Source of the DNA: Candidatus Marinacidobacterales bacterium
Lineage (GTDB): Bacteria; Acidobacteriota; Vicinamibacteria; Marinacidobacterales; DATDRI01
Reading direction: 5' to 3'
Length of the DNA: 64,000 nt
Assembly: GCA_965197825.1 (NCBI GenBank)
Contig: CBDANW010000002.1
Location: forward strand, 213,271 to 277,270
Part shown: in pieces, positions 20,889 through 30,377 of the stretch
Layout of the letters: the number at the start of each line of letters is the position of its first letter
How positions within the stretch are numbered: position 1 is the stretch's first letter
Program-made: the position numbers and the translations under genes
The notes under the pieces: model-generated
What the model saw: only the letters and a program-made list of their open reading frames with translations
The model's database searches: none
Told to the model about the DNA's origin: nothing

Positions 20889-22285
20889 AGGAGCTGTCCG
20901 ATGCCACCATCACTTACTCGGGCGGCGTGGCCGGCACGGAAGGAATCGTCCACAGCGGCATCGGTCCGTTCGACATGCAGTCGGGGACATATATGGGCTA
21001 TGGCAAGCTGAACTACACGCGGGGCGACCTGCAGATACAGTTCTTCGCGAACTTCCTGGACGGCAAGGCGCCGAACCTGTTGCTGCCGGACATCGCCACC
21101 GGGATGCCGCTGCAGCTCGACTTCAAGTCACAGACGTTCGACGGCGAGATCGGCCACTCGGTGTTCCTCGGAAGCCGGCACCGGCTGAACTACGGCGGCA
21201 ACGTGCGGCAGAACAACTTCGACATCACCCTCGCACCGCTTGGCGAGAACCGCCTCGAGGTGGGCGGGTACCTGCAGGACGAGATCTTCTGGGAACGGTT
21301 CCGCCTCGTTCTGGGCGGGCGCGTGGACAAGTTCGGCAACCTCTCCGACCCAAAGTTCTCGCCGCGGATCGCGTTCATCGTCAAGCCGGCAGAGGATCAC
21401 TCCGTCACGCTGTCGTACAACCGGGCCTTCCGTGCGCCGTCGGTCATCAACAACGCCCTGCAGACGAACATCGTCAGCCCGGTGGACCTGAGCGCCCTCG
21501 CGCCGGTGCTGCAGCCAGCGGTCGCCCAGCCGTTTCCGCTCGTGGTCGGCGCGTCCGGCAGCGACATCCCGATCGGCGGGATGCCCCAGGACGAGTTGAC
21601 GGAGGAATCTTTGACGGCGTACGAAGTGAGCTACACTGGCGTGCTCCCGCGCGGGACGACGCTCGGCGGCTCGTTCTTCGTCAACCGGCGGGATGACTCC
21701 ATCAACTTCACCGCGCTGCCGCCAAGTCTCGACCCATATACCGCAGCAAGTCCACCGCCCGGATGACGGCTCCCGCCGCTCGTGCTGACGCAGATGGCGC
21801 AGTTAGGGATCTTTCTGCCTCGAACCGCGTTCACATACCTGAATCTGGGTCCGATCCGCCAGACCGGCATGGAGCTGTGGCTCGAACAGAAGGTCTCACG
21901 GTCGCTAGCCGCGTCCATCAACTACTCCTGGCAGTCCGAACCGGAGATCCTGGACAATCCGAACCCGTATCTGCCGGCGGAGCTCAACCTGCCCCCGACG
22001 CACCGGTTCAACGCAGCGATGACGTGGAACGGGTCGAGGTTGCTGGGCTCCGCCTCGGTAAACGCCGCCACCGACGCGTTCTGGAGCGACGTCCTCACGT
22101 CGGCGTATCACGGCTACACCGACGGGTACGCGACGGTGAACGGTAGCTTCGGGGTGAAGTGGCAGGGAGGCACCGTCACGACGACGGTGAAGGTGACCAA
22201 CCTGTTCAACCAAACTGTCCAGCAGCACATCTTCGGCGACCTGCTCCGGCGAACCGTTGTAGGCGAGATGAAGTTCAGGTTCTGA
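20889..22285 (+). pseudogene. TonB-dependent receptor barrel remnant: 5'-truncated by the MITE and frameshifted near 21765
   Basis: Two ORFs (20810-21766, 21782-22285) with TBDR barrel features. Ends ...VVGEMKFRF. Confidence 0.65.
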
Positions 22286-22589
22286 CGTGCGGGTCAGCAC
22301 AGCCGGGTTCCGCTCCGAGGGTTGTCCCTTCCATAAACTCGAGCTGTATGAGATTGGCGAACTGCCTACAACCAGGATGCTTTGGTGGTGTGCCTTCTAT
22401 TTATTCATCCGCGCGCACCGAATTTGACTAGTCTCCGGTCTGCCAGGACCATGCCGGCATGATTTCGTCGTTTGTTCGCGCTCTCGTCTAGCTGAAGGAA
22501 AAGGTCGGCGGCTGATGCGACATGATGATCTGGACGTTGCGACGAGACGGAAAGCTGCCAAAGCCCATGAAATTGGAAAGGTGATCGTA

Positions 22590-22770
22590 ATGCTGATGGG
22601 GTGGTGCTTCCGCCATTAAGTGTTGGTGAGATGACGCTAAGACTTTACGCTGTATTAAATTACAGCCAAAATAGCGCTCACGACCTTCGCCGCGCGCTAA
22701 ATGGAGCGTAAGCGCTTTTTTTGCAAAGGGATACGTACACATCACCAACAGCAAACAGCGCAAGCACCAG
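22590..22770. repeat. Repeat family B (about 170 bp, consensus gcttgcgctgtttgctgttggtgatgtgtacgcatccctttgcaaaaaaagcg...ggtgcttccgccattaagtgttgg)
   Basis: Copies at 33425-33560, 34085-34260, 50690-50850 and 57440-57650, in both orientations. Confidence 0.7.
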
Positions 22771-22908
22771 ACCTCGAGCAGCGACGCCTTCCTTAAGTCG
22801 ATAAGGCAGCTACTGTCACTGACGATAAGCCGCATCGGCACCCTGCAGGCCCTTCAAGTCTGCCTCCACCTCCGGCATGGGAATCCGCAGAAGCTCCGTG
22901 CCCTTGCC

Positions 22909-24336
22909 CGTCCTGTGCCAAAACTCAGCCCTTTTGAAATAGGCCATCAATCAGCAGCTTAGTGTCTGTGTTTGCGCCGGGGCCAAGGGCCGTGCTCTTT
23001 ACAATCGTCTAGCCCGAGGGTGTTATCTTCAGATCCATGATGACGTACCACGTGCAATTCCTACTGCTCGTTCTAGCTGGCTGGGTCAACCGCCAGCAGC
23101 AGGATGTGATCGACTACCTGCAAGAGGAGAACCGTGTGCTCCGAGCCGGGCTTCGGGGCAAGCGTCTCAGGCTCTCGGACGACGAGCGGCGCAGGCTCGC
23201 GGTCAAGGCCCAGGCTTTGGGCCGCGAGGCGCTGGCCCAGATTGCGTCCGTTGCCACACCCGCTACGCTTCTGCGTTGGTACCGCTGCCTCATCGCAGTC
23301 AAGTACGATGGCAGCAAGAACCGGAGCCCAGGCCGACCTCCGACGGCGAAGGACATCCGTGAGCTCATTGTGCGCGTGGCGCGGGAGAACCCGACGTGGG
23401 GATATACGCGCCTGCGAGGCGCACTCAAGAACCTCGGACATGAACTCGGACGCAACACCATCAAGAGGCTCCTCGCCGAGCACGGTATCGCTCCTGCGCC
23501 GGAGCGGGGCAAGAGCATGTCGTGGAGCACCTTCATCAAGGCTCATTGGGGCGCCATCGCTGCGACAGACCTGTTCACCGTCGAGGTAGTGAACCCGTTC
23601 GGGCTCGTCCGCTACCATGTCCTGTTTGTCATCGATATCGCCACTCGCTGCGTGTGCATCGGTGGGATAACGTCGGACCCCAACGGGGAGTGGATGAAGC
23701 AGATGGCAAGAAACCTCACTGACATGTGGGATGGGTTCCTCCTTGGCAAGCGATACCTCATCCACGACCGGGACCCACTATTCACTGAGGCGGTACGTGG
23801 GCTGTTGAGAGATTCAGGCGTGAAGCCCCTTCGCCTTCCCGCGAATAGTCCGAATCTGAACGCATACGCGGAAAGATTCGTTCTCTCCATACGTCGAGAG
23901 TGTCTCGACCGCTTCGTACCTCTCAGTGAGCGACACCTGCGCACAGCGATAACCGAATACGTAGTGCACTATCACACAGAACGGAACCACCAAGGTCTCG
24001 GCAACGAGCTCATCACACCTCTGCCGGCAAGCGCGAATGACGCTGGCCCCATCGTGTCGCGAGAGCGACTTGGGGGCATTCTCAACTACTACTGCCGTGC
24101 CGCGTAGATGGTCGCCGGCGACGGTAGCCCCTCGGCGGGCTCGACCGGCGTAGCGTGGAAACAGCTTCAGGAACACGCTTCGATATTCGCTCTCGACTAG
24201 GTGGTCATCTGCATGGTGACGACCCGCCCGCCCAAGACGATTGTAAAGCCCACGGCCTTTGGCCCGGTCGCAAACACAGACACTAAGTTGCTGATTTATG
24301 GCCTATTTCAAAAGGGCCGAGTTTTGGCACAGGACG
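22909..24336 (+). mobile_element. Complete IS481-like (rve/DDE integrase-type) insertion sequence with about 105-bp TIRs; autonomous parent of the MITE family
   Basis: Left end cgtcctgtgccaaaactcagcccttttgaaataggccatcaatcagcagcttagtgtctgtgtttgcgccggggccaagggccgtgctctttacaatcgtct. Right end is its reverse complement. Single 356-aa ORF between. Confidence 0.85.
23037..24107 (+). CDS. IS481/IS3-superfamily DDE transposase (N-terminal HTH plus rve integrase core)
   Basis: ...[11 protein letters not shown]...[27 protein letters not shown]...[13 protein letters not shown]. 356 aa. Confidence 0.85.
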   Translation: MMTYHVQFLLLVLAGWVNRQQQDVIDYLQEENRVLRAGLRGKRLRLSDDERRRLAVKAQALGREALAQIASVATPATLLRWYRCLIAVKYDGSKNRSPGRPPTAKDIRELIVRVARENPTWGYTRLRGALKNLGHELGRNTIKRLLAEHGIAPAPERGKSMSWSTFIKAHWGAIAATDLFTVEVVNPFGLVRYHVLFVIDIATRCVCIGGITSDPNGEWMKQMARNLTDMWDGFLLGKRYLIHDRDPLFTEAVRGLLRDSGVKPLRLPANSPNLNAYAERFVLSIRRECLDRFVPLSERHLRTAITEYVVHYHTERNHQGLGNELITPLPASANDAGPIVSRERLGGILNYYCRAA

Positions 24337-24843
24337 GGTTAGATGCTTGAGGAACTCGTCGATCGTGAACCCGCTGTCGGTGTCCACCGTCTTGATCTCT
24401 AGCGTGAGGAACTTCTGTTCCTCGAAAGACTTGCCACCGCGGGAGTTGTAGAGGACGTACCGGTTGCCGTCAGATAGAACGCCCCATTGAACCCCCATCG
24501 CGCCGAGGTAGGAGGTGAGCTGCTTGACGTGGTTCTTGTGGCCGATGTTGCTACCGAGTCGCTTGGCCTCCAAGAGCAGGATGGGTTTCGCAGACTTTTT
24601 TTTCGAGCTGTAAAACGCGTAGTCGACCGGCTCGTTGAATTCGGGCACGCGTGGCTCACTCTTGATGGAGTCAAAATCGGTAAAGTCCCACTGGAGCGCG
24701 CGAAACAACGGGTTGATGAGACCCTGTCGGGTGTCGGTCTCGGTGAGCTTTGCGTCGCCCACCTCGGTCTTGATGATTTGTTTCTTGAGCTTGAGGATGG
24801 TGTCCTTAAGTACCGCGTAGTCTATAGCCTTCCCCCTCCCGGC
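24337..24843 (-). pseudogene. HsdR-N-terminal-like PD-(D/E)xK nuclease-domain gene, copy 1: start codon mutated (ATA), 3'-truncated by the IS481-like TIR
   Basis: ...AIDYAVLKDTILKLKKQII...VDYAFYSSKKKSAKPILLLEAKRLGSNIGHKNHVKQLTSYLGAMGVQWGVLSDGNRYVLYN... . The longer copy is at 62403-63964. Confidence 0.55.
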
Positions 24844-25291
24844 GCCTGCGAGCGTCGAAGTTCTTGAATTATATAACTTTTGACCTGCCCTCCTTCTCTG
24901 TGGCCGGCCCTCCTTCTCTGTGGCCGGCCGCCCGGTGGCGCTGACGGTGCTTCCGCCATCAAGTGTTGCTACGCGGCTGCGGGCAGTGGTACAGGTGCGG
25001 AAGAGACCGGGTTGCGCGCCCCAGTGAGCAAGAAAACCTCGATCCGCGACCACAAAGGAATCGTCGTCGCCAAGAAGATGTCTCGAAAGGTGAGCCGTCG
25101 CGTGGTCAGACCGGCCTGCATAGCCGGAGTTCGGATCTCACGTCCGAACTTCAGAGCTCCGTGCGATCGGACGAAGTTGTAATAGCAACGGAGCAATTCC
25201 ATATGCTCATCGAGCCTCTCCGTCGAGCGAGCGTGGGAAAGCGTTCGTCTCGAAAGGTATGCCGAGCTTTGCCGGATGGTCAGATTCAACC

Positions 25292-25465
25292 TGTGCCTTC
25301 TATTTATTCATCCGCGCCGACCCGAACCTGATCGGTCTCCGATCTGCCGGGACTATGCCTGCATGATTTCGTCGTTTGTTCGCGCTCGGCCCTGGGCACG
25401 GCCGCAAACACAGACTCTAAGTTGCTGATTTATGGGCTATTTCAAAAGGGCTGAGTTTTGGCACA
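25292..25465. repeat. Composite repeat: family C plus solo TIR end
   Basis: The same family C to TIR-end junction recurs at 59455-59636. Confidence 0.7.
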
Positions 25466-25507
25466 GGACGGGCACGCACAAGGCCCGACTTGCAGAGGCG
25501 TCCAGAC

Positions 25508-26794
25508 CTAGATGCCACGCTGGACCAGCCCATCGAGCGCGCCGTGCATGCTCTGATAGACCGTGTCGAGTTGATCGTTGGAAATGCAGTACGGGGGCAT
25601 GACGTAGACCACGTTGCCGAGCGGGCGGAGTAAAACGCCCTTTTCCAGAAAGAAGCGATAGAGTTGGTCGCGGATCCCGTTGAAATAGGAGGTCTCGCTT
25701 CCAGTGTCGATCTCCACGGCCAGAATGGTGCCGGTCTGACGCGCGTCTCGCACCAAGCGATGATTCCGGAAAGAGTCGATCTGCTCCTGGTGACGCGCCT
25801 CGATGCGTCGAATGTTGTCCCAACAGGCGTCGCGCTCCAGAATGTCGAGACTTGCGAGAGCAGTCGCACAGCCGACGGGATTGGCCGTGAAGGAGTGCCC
25901 GTGGAAAAACGTGTGCGTCCTGTCGTCCGAGTGGAACGCCTCGTAGACGTCACCCGAGCAGCTCGTAGCTCCCATCGGGAGCGTACCCCCGGTGAGCCCT
26001 TTGGACAGACAGACGATATCTGCGGGCACATCTTGGTGGTCGACCGCCAAGAAGCGTCCGCACCGTCCAAAGCCGGTCATCACTTCGTCTGCGATCGTAA
26101 CGACGTCGTATTGGCTGCATAGAGTGAGCAGATCCTTCAGGACATCCGGGGCATACATGACCATGCCGCCGGCGCCTTGCACCAAGGGCTCGAAGATGAA
26201 GGCAGCGACGTCTCCCTTGCTCAGTGTCTTCTTCAACGCGTCGAGCGTTTCATCTTCACGGCCAGCGGTGGGTGTCGGAAGGTGGCCCACATCGAACAGA
26301 AAGGGTGCGAAGGGTTGGACAAAGGCACTTCTGCCGCTCGCCGACATAGCTCCGAACGTATCCCCGTGATAGCCGTTCTCCAGAGCAATGATGCGCCGTT
26401 TCTCCGTACCACGATTGACCCAGTACTGAATCGCCATCTTGATACCCACCTCGACCGCCGTGGATCCGTTGTCCGAGAAGAAGACCTTGGCATGGTTCGC
26501 AGGCATTCTCTGGAGCAGTCGTTCCGCCAGCTCCACCGCAGGGGCGTGAGTGAACCCGGCGAAGATGACGTGGTCCAACCGCGCCAGCTGTTCCTGAATC
26601 TTCTTGGCGATGTGAGGATGGGAATGCCCGTGTAGGCAGACCCACCATGACGAGATGGCATCGATATAGGCGCGGCCGTCCTCGTCGAAGAGCAAGGCGC
26701 CTTCGGCGCGTGCGATGGCAATCGGGGGATCTGCCGTTTTCATCTGGGTGTCAGGGTGCCAGATCGTCCGGCGATCGCGCTCGACCAGATTCAT
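25508..26794 (-). CDS. bioA: Adenosylmethionine-8-amino-7-oxononanoate aminotransferase
   Basis: 428 aa, class-III PLP aminotransferase. ...HPDTQMK..., DEVMTGFGRCGRFLA..., SKGLTGGTLP... Confidence 0.85.
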   Translation of the reverse strand: MNLVERDRRTIWHPDTQMKTADPPIAIARAEGALLFDEDGRAYIDAISSWWVCLHGHSHPHIAKKIQEQLARLDHVIFAGFTHAPAVELAERLLQRMPANHAKVFFSDNGSTAVEVGIKMAIQYWVNRGTEKRRIIALENGYHGDTFGAMSASGRSAFVQPFAPFLFDVGHLPTPTAGREDETLDALKKTLSKGDVAAFIFEPLVQGAGGMVMYAPDVLKDLLTLCSQYDVVTIADEVMTGFGRCGRFLAVDHQDVPADIVCLSKGLTGGTLPMGATSCSGDVYEAFHSDDRTHTFFHGHSFTANPVGCATALASLDILERDACWDNIRRIEARHQEQIDSFRNHRLVRDARQTGTILAVEIDTGSETSYFNGIRDQLYRFFLEKGVLLRPLGNVVYVMPPYCISNDQLDTVYQSMHGALDGLVQRGI

Positions 26795-26833
26795 TTTGTC
26801 CAGAAGTGATGAAAGCCTAGTGCGCCCGATGCC

Positions 26834-27110
26834 CTATGTCCCGACCGCCGGCCGCCGACCTTGGCGGGCCAATGCGGGCGCGAATTCGTCTGCGTAACGT
26901 CGAATGAGATCCGGGGTGAGCGTCGTCTCCCATTGAACGTGTCCCACGGGTGCGACGCCGGTCTTGCTCAGGATCAACGACTCGGTATCGGAGTTGCCCT
27001 CGCCATTGAAAACGAGGCCGAGTACGTCGATTCCGCGCCGTTGCAGAGCTTCGACGGTCAAGAGTGTATAGCTCGAAACTTCTTGGGGCGCAAGCGTAAC
27101 TTCACGGGGG
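26834..27110 (-). pseudogene. bioD: Dethiobiotin synthetase C-terminal remnant (about 90 aa); N-terminal two-thirds absent
   Basis: ...LTVEALQRRGIDVLGLVFNGEGNSDTESLILSKTGVAPVGHV... preceded in frame by a stop. Directly downstream of bioA. Confidence 0.5.
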
Positions 27111-27282
27111 AGAGTTTCTGGGCGAGGGGCTACTTCGTGTCCACGGTAGGTTTGGATGAATCCCAGCGAAGCCGGTTTTCGGGATCCGGTGCTTGCATCG
27201 GGACGACCACACGGCCGCGCGTGCTGGCCGCAATCGAATCGGGGGTGTGGAATTGACGGAATCCGACGAACCGGGAGGGGAA

Positions 27283-27640
27283 ATGCAGGCGTTGCGGGAG
27301 CGCCTCTCGAAACTCAGCGAGGCGAGTCTGCGCATCAGCGAGAGCCTGGACGTCAATACTGTCCTGCGCGAGGTGGTGGAGAGCGCCCGCGCGCTGACTA
27401 GCGCCGGCTGCAGCGGGATCACGACCATGGACGCGTCGGGACACCTGCAGGATTTCGTCACCTCCGGCGTGAGTCCCGAGGAATACCAGCGGTTCCTGCA
27501 CCTGCCCCACGGGCCGGGCCTGTGGGAGTATCTGCGCGCGATTCCGCAGCCGCTCCGGCTCCGGGACCTGGCGGCGCATGGTGAGCGAGCCGACCGTCGA
27601 CTCATGAGCAACGGGCGGCATCCGCGGGCCACAGCGAATG
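27283..27640 (+). pseudogene. GAF-domain protein fragment
   Basis: LSEASLRISESLDVNTVLREVVESARALTSAGCSGITTMD... . Lacks any downstream output domain. Ends in repeat sequence. Confidence 0.4.
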
Positions 27641-28067
27641 TCGTTCCGCGTTGTCACTCACCGGGCAAATGCAAGGGGACTTATACCGTTAGATTGACAG
27701 AAACCGTAAGTCCTGGCGTTCTAATGATCCAGCTCGAACGGGCCGAATCATCCCCCATCTACATATAGTGGTTCCGCGTTTTAGACCCTGACCACTACAT
27801 CTTGGGGTTCAACCCTTCCGCCAGAACTCGACCCCGACAGAGTAACCCCCTGGGGCCCTGTGGTAGTAGAATAAAGCCAGAAAAGAGGAAACGCCCCGGC
27901 CAGCAACCGGGGCGTCTAAAACCGGCGGTGCCGCATGTACAAGAACAGCGCCGCCATAGAGGTTTCTAATGTTAGATCATATCATAGAAGTCTTTGGGAA
28001 TGAGCTCATTATAAACCTTGAGCCTACTATAAAGTCTATTTGCAAACCGTATGAGACGATTCTTGAT

Positions 28068-29467
28068 GGTCAAGTCTTAATTTTCCTGTCAAATCTCCGT
28101 ACGGTTCCCCGCGCTCGGTTAAGCTGCTGATTCCTCCGACGTGCCTTGCGGGAGAAGCTCGTTGCGAAGCTCCTCGACTTTCCTAGCGGCGAAGACATCC
28201 ATCCTCACGCCGCGCCATTTGTTTGCGACGGCCAAGAGCACAGCGAACGAGAGTTTCATCGCGGCCTCCTCGGTGAAGAAGTGAGGAATGACCTTTGTGC
28301 GACGTTTGTGCTCTCCGAACGTGCGCTCAAGTAGATTCGACGTGCGAAGCCTTTTGTGATGCGCCGCAGGAAGGCGTAGCGCCTGAAGACACGCTTCGAG
28401 GGTCTCTTCCATGCACTTCATCGCGCTCGGGAATCGTTGACGGTACCGAGCGATCACCTCCCGACCCTTCTTCAGCCCTTGCTCGTAGCTGTTCGCATGG
28501 AACGACTCAAGGATGGCCGCCTTGAGTTCGTCGCGCACTTCCTTCGGAGCCTTGCCCAGGATGTTCTCGAGGCGGTGCTTCTGGCAACGTTGCTTGAGGC
28601 TTCGAGGGAAGACCTCTGCGATCGCTTTGAGCACTCCAGGATTCCCGTCCGTCACGATGAGCAACGGCTCCCTCATTCCTCGGGCCACTATCTCCTGCAA
28701 GAACCCCTTCCAGTTCTCGTAGGATTCTCGGTTGCCGACACCGATATGAAGAAGAACTCGCGTCCCATCAGCGCGATAGCCGGTCGCAACGAGGATGGGC
28801 TCTTTTCTCTCCGCTCCTTGGTGGTAGCGCAGGTACGTGCCGTCGAGCTCGAGATACAACAGCTTCTCGTTCGAGAGATCCCGTTTTCGAAACGCCTCGA
28901 AATCCTCCGACAGACACCGTGTGACCCGGCTCACCACCGACTTCGAGACACCCGTGCCGCTCAGCACGTCCGCGAACGTCGCCTCAATGTCACGCGTCGA
29001 CATCCCGTGGACGTACATCCGCGCGATCAGTTCATCGAGTTTCTCGGTCCGGCTCACGTAGGCGTCGAGAATCTTTGACTGAAACACCTTCTCTGTTTCT
29101 CGTACCCGCGGCACTTGCACCGTCACCGCTCCCTCGCCCGTGAGGACCCGATGCGACTCATACCCGTTGCGTCGTCCCTTCTCCTTCGTCGTTGCCGGAG
29201 CGTTCTCATAGTAGTTTCGACCCAACGCCTCCGTCACCTCGCGCTCCAACGCATATTGAAGCATCATCTGAGCTCCCGACCGGACGATCTCCGAGAGATT
29301 CATCTCCCCAAATACCAGTTGTTCCTCGAACTGCTTGAGCAATCGCTGACTCGGTAGTACCTTTCCCATGATGTATGGTTCTCCTTTTCTGTCCCCATGA
29401 CGGGGACGGGTTTGAGCTTGGGGAACCATACATCGTTTTTCTTTGACAGGAATCTTAAGACATCACC
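28068..29467 (-). mobile_element. IS256-family insertion sequence, copy B; no target-site duplication
   Basis: Same IRs as copy A. Flanks ttcttgat and gttgtctt do not match. Confidence 0.9.
28119..29369 (-). CDS. IS256-family transposase
   Basis: Differs by only about two residues from the 4702 copy over 416 aa. Confidence 0.9.
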   Translation of the reverse strand: MGKVLPSQRLLKQFEEQLVFGEMNLSEIVRSGAQMMLQYALEREVTEALGRNYYENAPATTKEKGRRNGYESHRVLTGEGAVTVQVPRVRETEKVFQSKILDAYVSRTEKLDELIARMYVHGMSTRDIEATFADVLSGTGVSKSVVSRVTRCLSEDFEAFRKRDLSNEKLLYLELDGTYLRYHQGAERKEPILVATGYRADGTRVLLHIGVGNRESYENWKGFLQEIVARGMREPLLIVTDGNPGVLKAIAEVFPRSLKQRCQKHRLENILGKAPKEVRDELKAAILESFHANSYEQGLKKGREVIARYRQRFPSAMKCMEETLEACLQALRLPAAHHKRLRTSNLLERTFGEHKRRTKVIPHFFTEEAAMKLSFAVLLAVANKWRGVRMDVFAARKVEELRNELLPQGTSEESAA

Positions 29468-29791
29468 GTTGTCTTTGCCAGAGCCTATCGTAACTTGGTA
29501 CAAGAGAGTTTTGAAAGCCTCTGCAATTTTCATGCGTTTCTCCTGAGATTTCAGTCGTTCGTTTCGAACCAACAACATCTCATATGACCGGTCGGTAAGT
29601 TCGTCAAAATTAAGGGAATTATATACGGTTTTTGACAAACGCCTCGAAATTTTTCAAAACCGCTACGGAACGTGGGAACCGCACCTGTACGAATGCCTAG
29701 TGGACGTAAAAAACGAAAGGATCCTATCGTTGAAGGTCGCGCCGCGCCGCTGAACGCTGATTCATAGTAGGATAGAGGCCGTAACGCAAGA

Positions 29792-29819
29792 GCCCCGGGG
29801 AATTACCCCCGGGGCTTCT
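29792..29819 (+). terminator. GC hairpin plus T-tract (terminator-like)
   Basis: gccccgggg-aatta-ccccggggc followed by ttctt. Confidence 0.35.
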
Positions 29820-29871
29820 TAAAACAATTTCGCAAGCCGAACACAACATCGGCCAGGAGGTTTTTACTCTC

Positions 29872-30054
29872 ATGAGAGAACTTATCACCGGAATCGCCCC
29901 CAGTCAAATTATAATCGAGCAGTTTTCGAGAGAAGCCAAAATTGTGATGGAGGAGCTTGCTCCGTTTGTGGAGGAGGTTGCTCCCTTGATGGAGCATGAC
30001 TACCGGGCGGTGGTTCAAATGCGCCGCAACGTAGAAGTCTTATTGGGACTATGA
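29872..30054 (+). CDS. Small hypothetical protein (60 aa) in a low-GC island
   Basis: AGGAGG ribosome-binding site 12 nt upstream of the ATG. No homology recognised. Confidence 0.3.
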   Translation: MRELITGIAPSQIIIEQFSREAKIVMEELAPFVEEVAPLMEHDYRAVVQMRRNVEVLLGL

Positions 30055-30377
30055 GTTCATGGGCGCGCTGGGGTACGAGCCGGGAGTCTCCTTCGTCGGA
30101 CCGCTCCCGGGGTCCCTCATCGGTGAGTTCTGCCAGGTGGCCGTTTTTGGCCAGCCATCCTCGGGCCTCGGCCCAGCCCCGGCGCGCCCTCTAAGGTAGA
30201 GGTGTCAAAAAAAGTATATAATTCCCAAAATTAAATACTTTGGATATTAGTCCAACTAGCCAAGTAATTGAATCTTATGATACTTACTAGAGAGACTTTC
30301 TGATGCTTTGTGGAATTGCCTCCGCAGTTAGCCCCCGACGGTAAACTTCTATGAACCACCTACCTCGGAAGGGTTTG

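Noticed and set aside
24283-25053. 256-aa minus-strand ORF as a single gene
   Set aside because: Its C-terminal 16 codons are readthrough into the IS481-like TIR and its N-terminal about 70 codons lack support. Only the HsdR-N-like core (24337-24843) is a real gene remnant.
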